In this document: positions 40,683 to 64,000 of the stretch, piece by piece
Numbering within the stretch: position 1 is the first letter of the stretch
How the letters are laid out: the number at the start of each line of letters is the position of its first letter
NCBI GenBank assembly: GCA_951406725.2
Contig: OX597824.1
Span: 12,710,001-12,774,000 of the forward strand
DNA: 64,000 nucleotides
Direction: 5' to 3'
From: Octopus vulgaris
Lineage: Eukaryota
Position numbers and translations under genes: made by a program
Notes under the pieces: generated by a model
Databases searched by the model: none
The model's input: only the letters and a program-made list of their open reading frames with translations
What the model was told of the DNA's origin: nothing

Positions 40683-42031
40683 CATACATACATACATACA
40701 TACATACATGCATATATATTTACATACATATATATACCTTTACATACACATACATGCATAACCGTGGCTAAACCGAGAAGCGGCATTACTGCGGAACCTG
40801 ATAGTTTTCTTTTTAACTGGAGTTTTCGGTAAGGACATTTTTCAGCAGGAAAGCGAACTATTCTTCTTGATTGAAGAATTGTTTTGTAGCCATAACTATC
40901 TTTGGCAGTGCCTGCCATGGCGACCAGTTGCTGATGTTGAGCTCACGGCAGAGACGCACAGGTGTGTTGAGATAATGATGTCGCAAGCTGGAAAGACATC
41001 TATTCACCTACTATCTTAAACACTCTCCTTATGGGCGTTTGTCCACGATTCCTTAACAGCCGGAAGGAAATCTCTCTCTTACTCTCTTGTAACATTTTCT
41101 TACTCACAGACCTGACAACTGATCTCTGAATGTATAGAATCTATATTTGCAAACTGTTATAAATTTTGTCCAAAGCAATGGTGATTTAAGGCAGCATGGG
41201 TTTCATCGTGTTTTGTTCATTTGGGAATTAGTGACAGGGTTCGACACAGGACACATGAAAAAAAACCCACAGCAATTCTGCTTCATCTTTCAGTATTTGC
41301 TGTCAGGCAAATCCTGCAACATTCTCTCCATGATCTCCAGAGCACGTTCGGCGTTATTGTACATTCGCTCCAGACAATCACCGAGCATCAAAGAAGCTTC
41401 ACGCGGTTCTCTAATACCTGATAATTTTGCAATTCACTGAAACCTTTTTGTGCCACGTCTACTAGAAACTGAAAGTAGATAAAACAGTCACAGACCCAGG
41501 AAGGTCTATAACTGTATTATCTAAAGTAGAAACAGAGATAGTTTTGGTTTTTATGTTGACAGATTTTGGTAAAGGAAATACTTATAAGGAACGTCATTCT
41601 CGTTCCAGTAGGATCCCCAAGGCAGCACATACCAGTCCCATGTTGCTGAACCTTTCTCAAAAATAACAGAATAGACAGCTTTTGGTGTGCATTTCAGTCT
41701 GAATTTGGTTAATATAGAAAATTGTGACTCAAAGAAAATAATAAAATACTGGAGCTTTATTGATTAAATTAAACATTGCAACTATCACATGACTTGTAAT
41801 TTTATGAAGTTTATGAGTAGATACTACTGCACACATGTTATGTATTGTAGCATGTAGGTCAATGTAATACCACTAATGAATAGAAATTTATGTAATTTCG
41901 TTAAATACCATTTAAAAAATAACAGCATTCTATAAGAATTTGATACCTTTGTACATCAAAGTGATATACTTTCAACTGTACAGCCAGTGTACTGTGAAGT
42001 GTTGTCCTCAAATATATAATACAAATATATC

Positions 42032-52304
<10,273 letters not shown>

Positions 52305-54102
52305 AATCCTATGTTATTGCTGCAATAATATACTTGTATTTTCGCTAAGAGCCCAGCCTTCTTTAGGACGAGTGTGGTTTGCTTCCGATACACAAATCTG
52401 TGCAGATAATAAAATAGTTATGCTTGAAGTCAACCGAATATAAATAGGCTAGTAGGTTTGCAACAGGGTTGCATACAAAATCTGTGTCTATAAGAGAGGT
52501 CACTTTAAATTGAAGCGCATAAGTATTAAGTTCACTATATACTCATGTTGTTTTCCCGCCTGCGGTTTAGCTGGAATAGGTCATCAACCTATCAATATCA
52601 CCAAGTAACTACTTGTTTACAATAACTTTTTGTTGGTGTTATATAGTTGCAAGTCAGACTTGATTAGACAGACAGGACATAGGGAAGTAGTTTGACATAC
52701 TGCATATCATATGTGAGGAGATTTTGCAGGTCCAGTGTCAGACTAAATTTGTGGCAATACTGTTTGGGTCCCGCGTTTTCAAAGACCATACTTTAAATAT
52801 GTATAATCTATCCATTCCAAATCAGTGACTCTGTGCATCATCAACAACAAGAACAACAAAATCAGTAAATGCTGGAAGAACACCAATGCCAGCAGCAACT
52901 ACAACACCAGCAACAACGGCAACAGTAACACCAACAATACCAACATCTGCAGCAGATGCACCGGCACCGCTTTCAAAAGCAGAAAGAATAAGAACGGGTA
53001 CAGACCACATCCATGGGTTTTCCTAGCGGAGCGCTCTCTCACTCCCTCCTCCTCTAAGTCTCCTCTAAACTCAAATATATACATTGACTTGTACCTTAGT
53101 TCCACAGATAAGGATACCTCTGCATAACGCAGTGAGAATGAAGGGGCACCCCAAAAACCAAATAAGAAAATAAATTAAAGCACAATAAACTTCATGCCCC
53201 ACACCAAAAACATGGAAAGCACAGCCACAATATTTATAGACACGCCTACCTCAAACACCCTAGCACCACAAGAGATCCACCGCTATCACAACCATTACTC
53301 CCACAAATGCAACAACCTAGAGAAAGAAAATACCCTCAACAGCAACAAACACTAAACATAACCACAAAACTTTGTGCTAGTGAGGAGGACGAACAAAGAA
53401 CTGAGGCTCTCACAGCACGAAGGGATGACATCGAGTGAGGTGTGACCTTCGGCACCAGCACCGTTCAGAAGCGCAACTTACGACGTGTAAAAGCTACGAT
53501 TAGGCTTTTAAGTGAGGCTCCCGAAGGAGTTGAACCTCGGTTGAACCTCTTGACCATCGGTTGAATCACCTTGCCCGGAGGGTACGACCCACTTTCTCTC
53601 TTCTACAAACGGTTTCCTGTCATCGTGGTGGGTTTAACAGTGGTTTGTAGAGTTTAACAGTGGTTCGTGGGCTGAAAGCAAGGTCGCTGCTCAACGCCCT
53701 CGGGCCATTATCTATGTACGTCACGGCCGTCAGTGACAGCATGTTTTCTAAAATATTCACTACGTCAACTCGTGTGCGTTTCTAACTTTAAAGGTCCCGC
53801 TCCGTTTAAAGATAAAAACTATCGTAAACAATAAAAAAGTAAATATGTAAAGTATTATTACTTTTAAAAACAGTAATAATGAAGTGGCTAGCTAGACTTC
53901 TACCTAAAAAGGTATAATATAAAATATTTGAAGAAAAGAAAGGCAAAGATACTGCTTGCTAAAAATCAAAGCGAAAGCTTAAAATAACCACCAATTCTAC
54001 TACAAATACACACACGAGCAATGCAATGAATATTTTTAAAAATAGGCCCACCTTCATGATGGAATATGAAGGCAGTTAATACTTATCCCAATATCAATAT
54101 CA

Positions 54103-54134
<32 letters not shown>

Positions 54135-54135
54135 G

Positions 54136-54182
<47 letters not shown>

Positions 54183-54194
54183 GTATATATGTAT

Positions 54195-55472
54195 ATAACT
54201 TAGAATAACTTAGAAAGGTTTTGGCCAGTATTGGCCCAGGCCATGTCTAACTTAATAGCACCACCTGGCGAAGTCTTTCAGTTCAGGATTTGGGCACCAA
54301 GGCCCATTCGAGCAGAGAGTTATTGTTTGCGGAGACATATCCGGGTGTGGGTGGTTTGTTCGGTACTGTTTGAAGGAATTTGTCCAAAGACTTCTTGAAT
54401 TTTGTGTGGTCAGTTTCTTTTTTGGCGTGTCCTGGTGTAATGTTGAAGAGAGCGGGTCTAATTGAGGTGAAATAGTTGTGACGTATTGTCGTTATGTGAT
54501 GCGATTTAGATTTTTGTTGTGGACGGATGGCACGTGGTCCAAGCCTTGGATGCATTTTGAAGGTGATGCCAACATCATTCGGAAAGTGCTGATGGAATAT
54601 TTTCCTCATCATACAGATAATGTAGCGTTCACGGCGTCGTTGGAGTGAATACAATTTCAGCTTCTCTAGTCTACCCAGTAGTCAAGGTCTGACATGCCAT
54701 CTATCTTTTTTGTGATTGACCTTTGGGGAGCTTCAATTCTCATAATATTTTGTTTTGTGTAGGGAGACCACAGTGGACAGCAGTATTCAAGGTGGGGTCG
54801 GGCAAAAGTGGAGAAGAGAAGGATAATAGCGTTGGAATCTCTCGACTGGAAGGTTCTGAGAATCCAGGAACACATTCTGCGGGCCATGTCAACTTTGCTG
54901 CTTATATGTGTAGCCCAGCTTATGTTGTTGTCCACTGTTACTCCCAGGTCTCTGATGTTGTTGGATGCCATGAGAATTTCTCCAGCAGGAAGAGAGTATG
55001 GGAGTTTCAGAGCGTCCTCCCTTCCAAAGTGGATCAGTTCGAATTTGTCTTCATTTAGCAAAATGTTATTCTTTTCCGCCCATTGGACAACAGCCAGTAG
55101 GTCTGACTGAAGGTTTATTCGGTCATCCACGCCATTGATGACCTTCTGGAGCTTGGAATCATCAGCGAAGGTTCTGATGTTACTGTGTTTGATGGTGTCA
55201 GTAATATCATTTATGTAGATGATGAAGAGAAGTGGGCCCAACACAGTGCCTTGTGGGACACCACTACTGACTTTGGCTGGGCTGGATTTGACTCCTTCGA
55301 CTACAACATGTTGGGTTCTGTTAGACAGGAAGCACTTGATCCACTGCAGCAGCTTTCCAGTGACACCAATATAGGACAGTTTTCTCAGAAGGATCTTATG
55401 ATCAACCCTGTCAAAGGCCTTGCTGAAATCAAGGTAGATGACATCAGTGTTGGATGTCATCAGTGTTGGATG

Positions 55473-55475
<3 letters not shown>
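54195..55475 (-). mobile_element. 5'-truncated CR1-group LINE of a different subfamily
   Basis: [34 protein letters not shown] and LEYCCPLWSP; a break near 54660, then YSLQRRRERY..FKKSLDKFL. Short tandem (ttctaagtta) tail. Confidence 0.92.
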
Positions 55476-55545
<70 letters not shown>

Positions 55546-55592
55546 TATATATATATATAATATATATATATGTATATATATATATGTATATA

Positions 55593-56220
<628 letters not shown>

Positions 56221-56492
56221 TACATATATATATATATATATATATAATTCGGCAGGAGGACTTAAACGACATGCAAAGGTAAGTGAAGCCCAGTTACAAC
56301 TGCAGCCGGCTATTACCGGTAAAGCTTCTAGTTACCAATTCTGTATAAGGTATTGTAGATCTTTGGCTGGGCTAAAAAGTCACATTCGATCACAGCACCA
56401 ATAACAGTTAAGCTTCGTGCAATGGCCATACCCGATAACGAGGGGGCAGCCATCATATATATGTATATGTGTATGTATGTATGTATATATGT

Positions 56493-56566
<74 letters not shown>

Positions 56567-56831
56567 TTAAGACTTCAAAAACCGCTAATGAGAGTTTACA
56601 GTAAGTGATCGTCAAACAATACGACGATCGTTTACGTGAAACTCAAATTTCATTTTGCGAAGTAATTTTAGCTTCAATAAATCGCTTTGTCACTCTTCCT
56701 TTGGTATTCGAGGATAATTTTCTCAACAAATACTTCAAACTCACCCAATTTTCTCAACCTTGTTTTGTACCTGAGTGCACTCATGTGTACATCTCAAGCT
56801 CTTTCCCTCTCTTTCTCTCTCCCCCTCTCCC

Positions 56832-56866
<35 letters not shown>

Positions 56867-57392
56867 TCGCCATGCTTGACACGTGTCACTAAAGTAAACA
56901 AGGGGACTAATCAGCACAATTATTGCTAAAAATATGACCGTAGGAGGTTTGTCTCCCTTGTCAGCTCATTAAAGTAGTGCTTCTTGTGGCTTTTGACTTA
57001 TTTTGACTCTTATTTCTAGCAATACTGATGCTGATTAGTGTCCTTGTTCACTTGAGTGACGTATATATTTCTCCCTTTAGATTTTAAGCCAGCTATATTA
57101 TTTATTATTCTCACACTACCGTTTATGGAATCAATATTTGATTTCAACGGAAATCTTATGAGCTGACAGGGTGAGATGTGTTTAAACCTAGGCGTGGTGA
57201 GAACTACTGATGAGCATTAATGTGCGTAAGGATTAAAATGTAAAATTATCGATGATCTAGCTTAATCTGCGACTGTAGGGGGCTTTCCTCCCTTATCAGC
57301 TCATTATGATGGTACTTTTGTGACTATTGAGGTGTTTTCACTACTATTTCCAGCAATATTGGTGCTAGTTATTCGCCTTGTTCACTTTAGTG

Positions 57393-57459
<67 letters not shown>

Positions 57460-59111
57460 TATGTGTATATATGTATATAATATATATAAGTGTGTGTTTG
57501 TGTGTATTCACAACCACACACACATTCCCACTCACCACACACTTTTCACTTCCATGCATTCCCCCACGACACACAATATTCAATCATAAAATCGAACGCA
57601 ATACACTAGCACACAACACGAACAAGCAGACTATATACACACGCACAGTATAGAGCCACACACACACTTCGTGTGTGGACATATACATCCATCCATCCAT
57701 CCATCCATCCATATATACATCCATCCATCCATCCATCCATCCATCCATCCATCCATATATACATACATACATGCATACATACATACATACATGCATACAT
57801 ACATACATACATACATGCATATATATTTACATACATATATATACCTTTACATACACATACATGCATAATCGTGGCTAAACCGAGAAGCGGCATTACTGCG
57901 GAACCTGATAGTTTTCTTTTTAACTGGAGTTTTCGCTAAGGACATTTTTCAGCAGGAAAGCGAACTATTCTTCTTGATTGAAGAATTGTTTTGTAGCCAT
58001 GACTATTTTTGACAGTGCCTGCCATGGCGACCAGTTGCTGATGTTTAGCTCACGGCACAGACGCACAGGTGTGTTGAGATAATGATGTCGCAAGCTGGAA
58101 AGACATCTATTCACCTACTATCTTAAACACTCTCCTTATGGGTGTTATGTCCACGACTCAATAATAGCCGGAAGGAAATCTCTCTTTTACTTACTTGTAA
58201 CATTTTCTTACTCACAGACATGACAACTGATCTATGAATGTATAGAATCTATATTTGCAAACTGTTATAAATTTTGTCCAAAGCAATGGTGATTTAAGGC
58301 AGCATGGGTTTCATCGTGTTTTGTTCATTTGGGAATTAGTGACAGGGTTCGACACAGAACACATGAAAAAAATCCACTGCAATTCTGCTTCATCTTTCAG
58401 TATTTGCTGTCAGGCAAATCCTGCAACATTCTCTCCATGACCTCCAGAGCACGTTCGGCGTTATTGTACGTTCGCTCCAGACAATCACCGAGCATCTAAG
58501 AAGCTTCACGCGGTTCTCTAATACCTGATAATTTTGCAATTCACTGAAACCTTTTTGTGCCACGTCTACTAGAAACTGAAAGTAGATAAAACAGTCACAG
58601 ACCCAGGAAGGTCTATAACTGTATTATCTACAGTAGAAACAGAGATAGTTTTGGTTTTTATGTTGACAGATTTTGGTAAAGGAATGTCATTATCGTTCCA
58701 GTAGGATCCCCAAGGTAGCACATACCAGTCCCATGTTGCTGAAACCTTTTCAAAAATAACAGAAAAGGCAGCCTTTTGGTGTGCATTTCAGTCTGAATTT
58801 GGTTAATATAGAAAATTGTGACTCAAAGAAAATAATAAAATACTGGAGCTTTATTGATTAAATTAAACATTACAACTATCACATGACTTGTAATTTTATG
58901 AAGTTTATGAGTAGATACTACTGCACACATGTTATGTATTGTAGCATGTAGGTCAATGAATAGAAATTTATGTAATTTCGTTAAATACCATTTAAAAAAT
59001 AACAGCATTCTATAAGAATTTGATATCTTTGTACATCAAAGTGATATACTTTCAACTGTACAGCCAGTGTACTGTGAAGTGTTGTCCTCAAATATATAAT
59101 ACAAATATATC

Positions 59112-62100
59112 TCACAGTGGAATTGCACGGATATTATCAGTCACTGGAACGTAAATAATTCCCGATTGTTTGCCTTCCATTGTCATTGGTGTTTCGTCAG
59201 GACTTTCCAGCTTAAATCTTTGTAAGATATTTGAAAAGGCCATGAAAGTTTCAATATTGGCTAGTGATATTCCTGCACATATTCTGGGACCTACAAATAA
59301 AATAGACGATATAAAATACATAGCATAATTAAATGATAGAATATAATAAAGTTTGCATTTTGATAAAATATTAAATTTCTATTATACGACGAATAAATTT
59401 AAATATCATAGCTCTTGTAATATTTCAGAGAATAAAATATTTCCTGAATTAAATTTTAAAAGAACTTTTATCAATAATGAAGATAACATAAAGAGGTAAA
59501 ATTTTGCTAATAAAAGGATGATAAATCTTAAGTGAGCAAAAGACCAAACTTTCGTAAGAAAGTATAAAGAATTAATAAGAAGCAGTAGAATATTGCTATT
59601 TTATTGACCCTGAAGTGATGACTGCCACGAAGAACGATTCGAAGCAGGACACATAAGCTAACACATAAGGTTTTAGCTATGACCTAGCAAACCGACCACG
59701 TGTGATCCTTAAACAGTATACCTCAATCTCCAAATGACACATTGCGATTATAAAAAAAGAAGTCAACATCAGTAACAAGATAATGTTATTGTCTTCCCTC
59801 CTGAATAGGCGTGCCCTATCATTAAAATCTAGTTACAATACTTACCCAAAGAGAAAGGCATGAAAGCCTCATTTTTCTTTAACTCATTATCTTCATCAAT
59901 CCATCTTTCAGGTCGGAATTCCTCTGGTTTATCCCAATAGTTCGGATCATAATGAGCATCCATTATATTGAATAGAACAATGGTATGTTTTGGAATATCA
60001 TAACCTCCTAGTTTCGTGTCTACCGTAGAGGCATGTGGAGCAGTGAGTGTAGCTGTGAAAAGAAATTTTCTAAATATTAATAATGTCGAGATAAATGATA
60101 ATTTGATATAGGCTGTCATAAGAGTACGTCTGGTGATGTAACATTGTAGTGCAAGGTTATGAGTTTATTTAGCTGTAAAACTGGGTTTCATGTTGGGAAG
60201 CTGACCAAATACATAGGTTTTTGCAGTCATTTTCGTGCGTTTGTCATTCAATTCGATTATCGGGTCATTCAAAAATCACAAAAAGAAAATAACGATAACA
60301 TTTAGCAACATGAAGTTAGTCATTCAAATTTGGTTTCCGATCATTCAATTTCGCACTACGGTCAAAGCATTTAGCATTTATATCATTCAAATTAAAATAC
60401 CCATCGAAAGCATTCAAATTAGTCGGAACGCGAGGAAACGTCTTTTCGAGAATTCAAATTCCTTTCGGAGCAATCTATTTAACTAGTTTTGATTTTATCT
60501 CATGATAATTGTCATCATAATCATGTGTTTTCATCATTGTTTATGCTTTAAGCACTCTATCGTGCCCATGTCTTTTCTATGTATTCTTTTGTTTTTGCAT
60601 AGGTACATGTGTTTATTGTTAAACACTTCATGAAATTGCATTCCAGCCTTTTTAATCTTTTAAAGAAACTCACAAATACAACAAATGCTCATTTTCTTTG
60701 GATTTCGAATACTTTATCTCTCTCTATTTATAAACAGCAAAATGTCTGTCTGTCTATGTGTGAGTCCTTTATACAAATCCACAATTTTTCAGTTAGAGGG
60801 CTCGAACTGTCTATGGTCATTCAAAACCGTCCAAGGGTGGTCGTGCACATCTTTACATATCCCCAGTCCCCCCGCAAAGCCATTAAAAAATCAATAGAAG
60901 TGACTTTTTTGTGAATTTTCTATCCAAAACCCAATCAAAATGCCCGAATCTTGATATGCCAATTGAATGCCAGTTAGCTGTATGTGATTGGTTGGAGATT
61001 TGGACTGTAGTCGCGTGTATGTGCGCACGCACGCAGCTGTATATGCATGCACTAGCACTATGACCCGGTGTTGCCGGGTCATAGTGCTAGTATTGTGATA
61101 TGCATATGTCTTGATGAGAAAAGTATATATTTCTTTGATTTTGCATTTTTTCTTTCATCGGGGAAAGGGTGTTATGTACACTAAGATAGCTATTGAATTA
61201 GTCTTGATAAGGAGAGTTCGTTTGAGGGGATTTAGCTGTTTATTTCCTTTGACCCTCCTTTGACAAAGGATCTAATAATTTGATATCGATATCATATGTG
61301 CGATGATTAATGTTTTTTCTCTCTTTGTGCTAAAATCATTTCATTATTGGACAAATTATAGAAAATATGGCGTGTGGAATAGCTTCCCTTTAGCAATAAA
61401 AGTTACGTCATTGCTTGCTTACCAACAGGAGCAATTCTCTGGACTTCAAGTAGAGTCGCTGCAACGTATGTCATGTGTCGTTTGTCTTGCATTGTGACTG
61501 GTCTATTCAGATCGGTGATCTGGAATTAACAATTCGTTACAATGAATATCTATATGTTGATACTCTAAATATGTGTGTGTGCGTTTGTTTGTGCGTGTGT
61601 GCGTTTGTTTGTGCGTGTGTGCGTGTGCCTGCGTGTGTATATAATCCATTCATTCTTAATACGGTCTGGTAAATTCGGACATGAATATGCTAATCACAGT
61701 TGTATTTCTGATTCGGAGAACACATCCTTCCAAAGGTATGTGTGTCCACAATGTGCTCTATTCATGATGGAAATGGGAAATTGAGACCCTGCAAGGTTTC
61801 TGCCTGGTTGTGTCTCTTCTGTCAAAGCCAGCTCTAAATCGATGATCTCGTCAAGAAAACTGGGTCTTATTTATGAAATGAATTGTTCTCATCCGGCGAA
61901 ATACGACAGCGTTTAGCATATTTATCTTTGAATCAGACGCAACGACTTATGGATGGAAATGTGTGTAATTTTGTTTGCATATATACATGTGTGTGTGTAT
62001 TTATGTATATACATACATATCTATGTATATGCATATGTTAACACACACACACACATATATATATATACATATATATGTGTGTATGTATATATGTATATAT

Positions 62101-62346
62101 ATATAGTTATGTTGGTGCAAAGAGGAAAAATATGCGTACTTTTCATCAATATTTAGCATTTTACTAATATTTTGCAGAGTTAACAGGGTGCGTCATACGC
62201 ACACACACACACACACACACACATACACACACACACACACACACATACAGTATTAAAGGTTTAGGTTGAGTATCGTGCGTTCGCATACGTCAAGGGTAAA
62301 CTCACGAAGCTCTGAAACCTCGAGTCAAACTGTTACTTCTGCTAAG

Positions 62347-62406
<60 letters not shown>

Positions 62407-63063
62407 GTGTGTGTGTGTGTATTTTTTTGTGTGAGCGTGTGTATGTATGCATGTATGTATGTATGTAATATTTTGGACTAGTGTGTTGAAGTGTTGAGTA
62501 GAGTGCTGGCATGGTTTGGACGACGTGGTGTCAACCGCAGTTCGAGTATATTTCGTGAGTTTGCCCTTGGTAAGTACCAACGCAGAAGAACTCTCGGACC
62601 TTGTGTCAACTTCTCACTTTTGTAAATTATTGATAAAAATTTAAAATGAGGATCTACTTCAGTAACTCCGCAGTGTCAGTGAGATATCGATAATTGATTA
62701 AATAATCAGAAGTTGGATTTTTTGGTGTTAATCCTTATTAATGATCTTTGTTAGGCCTAAAATTCAGAACTATTAGTACAGTGCTACTTCAGAACCAGTA
62801 CTACAGTCACAAAACAACATAAGTGTTAAGATACTTACTACGCAATTTTATAAGCACGCAATGAAATATATTTTAATAAAAATTAAAATAAATTAGACAT
62901 ATAAATGAAAGAATTTGATATTTTACCTTCTCGATTTCTGCTCGACATTTGTCCTGTATATCCGGATATTTGGCCATATATATAAAAACCCAGATAAGAA
63001 CGGTAGATGTTGTGTCCGATCCGGCCGTAAAAAGATCCATAATCGCCTGGAAAATATTCGCTT
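59112..63063 (-). CDS. Cytochrome P450, clan 2 (CYP2-like), copy D; exons 5-8 only, 5' part beyond the window end
   Basis: Exons 62927-63063, 61423-61519, 59846-60052, 59112-59290. Motifs AGSDTT, EVQR, PERW and FSLGPRICAG; canonical splice sites. Confidence 0.93.
60717..61090 (+). mobile_element. Same Helitron-like element in intron 6 of copy D
   Basis: Near-identical to 20922-21294 at the paralogous position. Confidence 0.7.
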
Positions 63064-63260
63064 CTGCAACAGTAGGAAAAATATTTAACGATAAAAAACT
63101 TGATAACTATGTAAACCGAAACAATAAAATGTATATGTATGTACGTACGTATGTATGTATGTATGTATGTATGTATGTATGTATGTATGTATGTATGTAT
63201 GTATGTATGTATGTATGTATGTATGTGTGTGTGTTTGTGTGTATGTATGTATGTATGTAT

Positions 63261-64000
63261 TGTTACGGAGGTGAATAAGCGGGAAAACGCTATGCCCTAG
63301 TTCCGTTGGTTGGAGTCTAACGGGCAGGGGAAAAAATAATGGTTCTTTGTCTTGTCAACGGCAAGGTTAAGATTAATGAGTTTATGAAGTACCTCTGACC
63401 CTTACACGGTCAGGTAAAGTTGAAAAAATTGGAATGCCACCCTTTAAAATGCTACGAACTGGTGTTAGGGAGATCAGACAGCGAAGGGCCAGAGAAGGGT
63501 TCAGTTGGCAAGAGACAGACAGCGATACGGACGATCAGCCAAGAAGGTGGTGATGGCGAGAGGCAACGGCGAGGCGAGGAAGACAGGCAGAGAATAATGA
63601 GAAATTGGCAGGCGAGAGGTAGAGAAGAGGATGACAGCAAAGAAGCTGGACTACTATAGCGGGTTCAGAAACATTCAGTATTGTTGTTTATGTTTCGATT
63701 TGTGTTTGGACTTTAATGTTGAATTATAATGTTTGAAAAAGTGACTCTGTAAAAAGAACGTGTAATCTGTTTAAGAAAAAATAAAAGAACTTGTAAATGT
63801 TTAAAGAAAATTGAGAACGAACTCACTGCGTAAGAAGAGAAGGAGGAGAAAAGAAAAGAGAAATACTTTGTTTGATTCTGTATTGTGTTGCATGTCAACC
63901 AGTTGATTGTTTTTGAAATGTCGATTTGTGTATTACGTTTGTTTGATTTGTAAAGCTGTGAATTGTTAAATGCTTTTGTTTTTAAATGTATTTGAAATGT
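63261..64000. mobile_element. Same LTR in intron 4 of copy D, running off the window
   Basis: gtat|TGTTACGGAGG start, near-identical to 23505 onward. Confidence 0.75.

Overview
AT-rich, microsatellite- and transposon-dense animal DNA; the SINE families resemble those of coleoid cephalopods, so this is probably Octopus (inference). The core is a head-to-tail, minus-strand cluster of clan-2 (CYP2-like) cytochrome P450 genes. Two copies are complete, with 8 exons splicing to 1500 nt / 499 aa: B at 19315-30972 and C at 42032-52304. Copy A (3846-12729) shows exons 1-2 only, and copy D (59112-63063) shows exons 5-8 only. A duplicated first exon carrying a nonsense codon lies at 13705-14074. The paralogues are sequence mosaics, and their amino-acid differences fall largely in substrate-recognition regions. 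Introns and spacers hold Penelope-like, CR1-like and RTE-like retroelements, Tc1/mariner, hAT-, piggyBac- and Helitron-like elements, a solo LTR and three tRNA-derived SINE families. Less usual structures are a near-perfect 493-bp tandem array ending in a fold-back, several (AT)n-centred palindromes, and minimal hammerhead-ribozyme motifs, one intact on the CYP sense strand. Most ORFs in the supplied track are microsatellite artefacts. All alignments were done by eye and no database searches were run.
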